DNA of 64,000 nucleotides from an uncultured archaeon (GTDB lineage Archaea; Aenigmatarchaeota; Aenigmatarchaeia; CG10238-14; SCSR01): NCBI GenBank assembly GCA_964372485.1, contig CAYJQI010000001.1, positions 192,001 to 256,000 of the forward strand, read 5' to 3'. Shown piece by piece: positions 61,169 to 64,000 of this stretch (position 1 is its first letter; each line of letters starts with the position of its first letter). The notes under the pieces were generated by a model. It saw only the letters and a program-made list of their open reading frames with translations, ran no database searches and was not told where the DNA came from. The position numbers and the translations under genes were made by a program.

Positions 61169-62824
61169 TTATTTATGCGCAAAATAGAACGTCATATTCT
61201 TGTCTAATTTAGCGAATCCAATCCTCGGAAATTGTACAGTTTCACCTTTCTTAGCCTTTTTAATCGACGGTTCTGCTAATGCACTGATTTCTTTTCCATC
61301 AGGCATGATGATTTTTATTTTGATATTCGGATCTGATACCCAATGGATTTTTTGTATTTCATATTTGACATCTTTAGATGTCATTTCGGCATTTTTGTTG
61401 AGTTTAATGGAAAAAAGATTCATCAACCCCACTTCATTATCATGGAATTTTTCAAAATCATTTCTTTCAACGTAAATTTTTTTCAAATTGACCGGAATTT
61501 TTCTATTTCCCCTTTTTGGAAAATCAGGGTGCAATGGTGCTTTCGTGGATTTTATTTTTGAATTCTTCAACGCAATCATTAACGGATCTGTAACACAAAA
61601 ATATCGATTTGAATTTTCATCAATTAATTTTCTATTTTCCGCATACAAAATTTCAACAGGAACATTAACATCTGCAAGACTCAACCCCATTCCAACAACA
61701 AAATTTCTTATAGCTTGAGGTTGTATACCTCTTTTTTCTAATGATTGCATGCTCCATATTCTTGGATCGTCCCAACCTTTGTAAATTTTTTGTTCAATTG
61801 ATTTCCTTGATTGAGTTTTACTTAATTTCACATCTTCCAAATTCAAAAGTCCATAATGTAGTATTTCAGGTTTGTTCCATCCCATAATATTCCAAATAAA
61901 TTCTTCTACCATGTCTTCTATTACCAAATCTTTTCCTCTAAGAATGTGTGTAATTCCTAGTAGATGATCATCGACGGCCCAACTAAATTCAAGTAATGGC
62001 CACACTTTGTATTTTTTACCAACTCTCGGATGTTTTCTTTCAGCAACTCTTAATAAAACACGATCCCTAAATGCAGGATTATTGTGTTGCATATCTGTTT
62101 TTAATCTTACAGCAATTTCCCCTTCTTTGTACTTTCCTTTCAACATCCCCTTCCATTTTTTCAAATTAATTTTTATTGATTGATTTCTATGTGCACATTC
62201 AATTCCATTTTGCCTATTATGACGAAGAACTTCCACATTGCACTCACAGACATATGCATGATTTTTATTAATCAATTCTTCAGCAATTTTGTAAAATAAT
62301 TTTATTCTGTCAGATTTGTAAAATGTTTTGTTACACTTTACTCCCAGAAATTTTAATCCCGCAGGAATCATTTTGTATGCTTCGGGTATTATGAATTTTT
62401 CTTCACTCCCAATTGTATCATCAAAAACTAAAAATAATTTGCCTTTGTATTTTTTTGCGTACTCGTCATTCAAAATAACCATTCGTGCATTTCCTATATG
62501 TAATGGCCCAGATGGATAAGGTGCAAGTCTCATCACGATTTTTCCTTTAGTAGCATTCTTCAATGGTGGTAATCCCGTCTCAACTTCTTTCTTTTCTTCA
62601 GTTTTCAATCCAATTTTTTCAACAGCTTTCCTCTGATCATCGAGAGAAAGAGAATTTACTTCGTCTACTACAGATTTTATCTGAGGAATAATTTCTTTTA
62701 TTCTATCTTTAACTGACGGATCACTTGCAATTAATTTTCCCAAAACGGCATTTACATTCGCTTTACCGTCATGTTCAATGGCATTTAGCAAAGCATAATT
62801 GTAGATAGCTTCTTTCATAACCAT
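61169..62824 (-). CDS. gltX: Glutamyl-tRNA synthetase (archaeal/eukaryal type)
   Basis: RLAPYPSGPLHIGNARM (HIGH), WPLLEFSWAVDDHLLGITHILRGKD, VKLSKTQ (KMSKS-like). Confidence 0.9.
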   Translation of the reverse strand: MVMKEAIYNYALLNAIEHDGKANVNAVLGKLIASDPSVKDRIKEIIPQIKSVVDEVNSLSLDDQRKAVEKIGLKTEEKKEVETGLPPLKNATKGKIVMRLAPYPSGPLHIGNARMVILNDEYAKKYKGKLFLVFDDTIGSEEKFIIPEAYKMIPAGLKFLGVKCNKTFYKSDRIKLFYKIAEELINKNHAYVCECNVEVLRHNRQNGIECAHRNQSIKINLKKWKGMLKGKYKEGEIAVRLKTDMQHNNPAFRDRVLLRVAERKHPRVGKKYKVWPLLEFSWAVDDHLLGITHILRGKDLVIEDMVEEFIWNIMGWNKPEILHYGLLNLEDVKLSKTQSRKSIEQKIYKGWDDPRIWSMQSLEKRGIQPQAIRNFVVGMGLSLADVNVPVEILYAENRKLIDENSNRYFCVTDPLMIALKNSKIKSTKAPLHPDFPKRGNRKIPVNLKKIYVERNDFEKFHDNEVGLMNLFSIKLNKNAEMTSKDVKYEIQKIHWVSDPNIKIKIIMPDGKEISALAEPSIKKAKKGETVQFPRIGFAKLDKNMTFYFAHK

Positions 62825-62841
62825 TAAAGAGAATTCGTAAA

Positions 62842-63660
62842 CTAATAAAATATTATCGATGCATATCCGGTTATTTCTCTATTTTCACCCATTTCTTCAT
62901 TTGTCGCATATTTCAATACTTCAGCTTTCTTAGCACCTAGTTCTTTTGCAGCAAATATTGTAGTTGCTATTGTTCCATATCCACATACTTTAGTATTAGT
63001 TTTGCTTATCATATCGAAAAGTCCTTTAGCATCCAGCTTCGTTATGTATTTCAATAAATGTCTGTCTGTTTTTTCAGTATTGTTCATCATATTTTGTGAT
63101 AAATCTGAACTTCCAATTAATTTCCAGTTCTTCTCCTTTTTAATTAATCTTCCAATGGATGTCCCCACAAGTTTACAACTATTCAACAAGTTTTCATCTG
63201 GAACTTGATTGTTAATTAGAATCGGAACAATCTTTATGTCGCCAAATCTATGTATGAGAAATGGTAATTGTACCTCAATTGAAAATTCATCTTCATGTGG
63301 GATCGCATCAAACTCAATTAACTTCGATCCAGCAAGCAATTTATTCGCCAAATTATCATCAACTAGACTTTCTCCTATTGGAGTTTTCCATAAGGTGTTT
63401 TTTATCAATGCGAAATTCGCTCCGAACGAAGAATGATTGCTCCCCAATATAACAAAATTCGATTTATCCAAGTTAACATATGAATGAGCTGCCACTTGAC
63501 CTGAATACATGTATTGTGAATGAGGTACTAATCTAACTAGCGCGTTGGATTTCTTGGATTTTACATTTGCATTTCTAAAATAAAAGTCCAACTGCTTTCT
63601 AAGCATGGTTGGGTCAATTTCATAAAAATCCCCCGCTGCTGATGGCGGTCTTAGATTCAT
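62842..63660 (-). CDS. AmmeMemoRadiSam system protein B (Memo-like)
   Basis: RPPSAAGDFYEIDP..L..QL, VPHSQYMYSGQVAAHSY, HEDEFSIEVQLPFL, CGYGTIAT. Confidence 0.75.
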   Translation of the reverse strand: MNLRPPSAAGDFYEIDPTMLRKQLDFYFRNANVKSKKSNALVRLVPHSQYMYSGQVAAHSYVNLDKSNFVILGSNHSSFGANFALIKNTLWKTPIGESLVDDNLANKLLAGSKLIEFDAIPHEDEFSIEVQLPFLIHRFGDIKIVPILINNQVPDENLLNSCKLVGTSIGRLIKKEKNWKLIGSSDLSQNMMNNTEKTDRHLLKYITKLDAKGLFDMISKTNTKVCGYGTIATTIFAAKELGAKKAEVLKYATNEEMGENREITGYASIIFY

Positions 63661-63790
63661 CTAATCAATGAAATTTTGTTTGTGAAAGATTAATCTTTGA
63701 CAATTATTTTATAAAATATATATATTCAAGTAAATGAATAAGTATAAATATTCCCTTTTGCGTAAAAGTAATAAGGCTGATTGATTGACA

Positions 63791-64000
63791 ATGAAAACCA
63801 AACTTGGACCAAAAATGTTTTTTAGATTGAAACCTGTTAAAATGCTTGTCGCACTTAAAGCCGGGCCAAAATATGCAACTATAATCGCAAAAGAAACCGA
63901 TTGTACATATTCCCACACGGTTAAAATTTTGGATTTATTCAAAGAATATGATCTTGTTGATTTTGAAAAGAAAGGAAGAATAAAAATTGTAAAGCTAACA
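63791..64000 (+). CDS. Winged-helix (ArsR/MarR-like) regulator, 3' end outside the window
   Basis: ATG at 63791, open to the window end: MKTKLGPKMFFRLKPVKMLVALKAGPKYATIIAKETDCTYSHTVKILDLFKEYDLVDFEKKGRIKIVKLT. The antisense track ORFs here are probably spurious. Confidence 0.5.
   Translation, partial: MKTKLGPKMFFRLKPVKMLVALKAGPKYATIIAKETDCTYSHTVKILDLFKEYDLVDFEKKGRIKIVKLT

Noticed and set aside
63704-63942. Two overlapping minus-strand ORFs (70 and 77 aa) at the window end.
   Set aside because: The plus strand carries a better candidate from 63791: a wHTH regulator fragment running off the window. The minus-strand products are hydrophobic and low-complexity without motifs.

Overview
AT-rich (roughly one-third G+C by eye, not computed), tightly packed archaeal chromosome segment. 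Archaeal markers are Nop5/fibrillarin, L7Ae, S28e, L24e, P0/P1 stalk, Rpo3/RpoD, Spt5, Kae1, Hel308, Hjc-like nuclease, family-B DNA polymerase, and two intron-containing tRNAs with bulge-helix-bulge splice motifs. A canonical FtsZ, short proteins, Shine-Dalgarno-like GGAGG sites, 1-4 nt gene overlaps and trimmed ribosomal proteins suggest a small-genome, possibly DPANN-like, archaeon; this lineage call is inference only. Layout: (1) 1-7.1 kb holds a cell-surface conflict and adhesion module. It comprises an Rhs/YD-repeat polymorphic toxin with an unrecognisable C-terminal domain, a candidate immunity gene, and two very large sequon-saturated surface proteins. (2) 7.1-26.9 kb is a glycan-biosynthesis island of about 20 kb. 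It carries GT2s, a FemAB-like transferase, a formyltransferase-MTHFS fusion plus FolD, a bacterial-type carbamoyltransferase cassette, a complete GDP-heptose pathway with candidate modifying enzymes, Rml-like enzymes, and split Alg14/Alg13. (3) 26.9-31.7 kb is a replication module: a wHTH gene, a degenerate DP1/B-subunit-like gene and PolB with a C-terminal zinc ribbon, preceded by an AT-rich tract and five tandem 22-bp iterons. (4) 31.7-64 kb is mostly information-processing housekeeping. It is interrupted by mini zinc-ribbon genes and a tight operon of HTH, micro-ORF, PRTase-like and nucleoside-deoxyribosyltransferase-like genes next to an orphan IGPD. No rRNA, CRISPR array, transposase or integrase was seen. 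The leads I rate highest are the PolB / inactivated B-subunit / iteron module, the archaeal Rhs toxin-immunity pair, the PRTase/NDT operon, the folate-coupled formyl/aminoacyl glycan module, and the N-terminal-domain-less L11.
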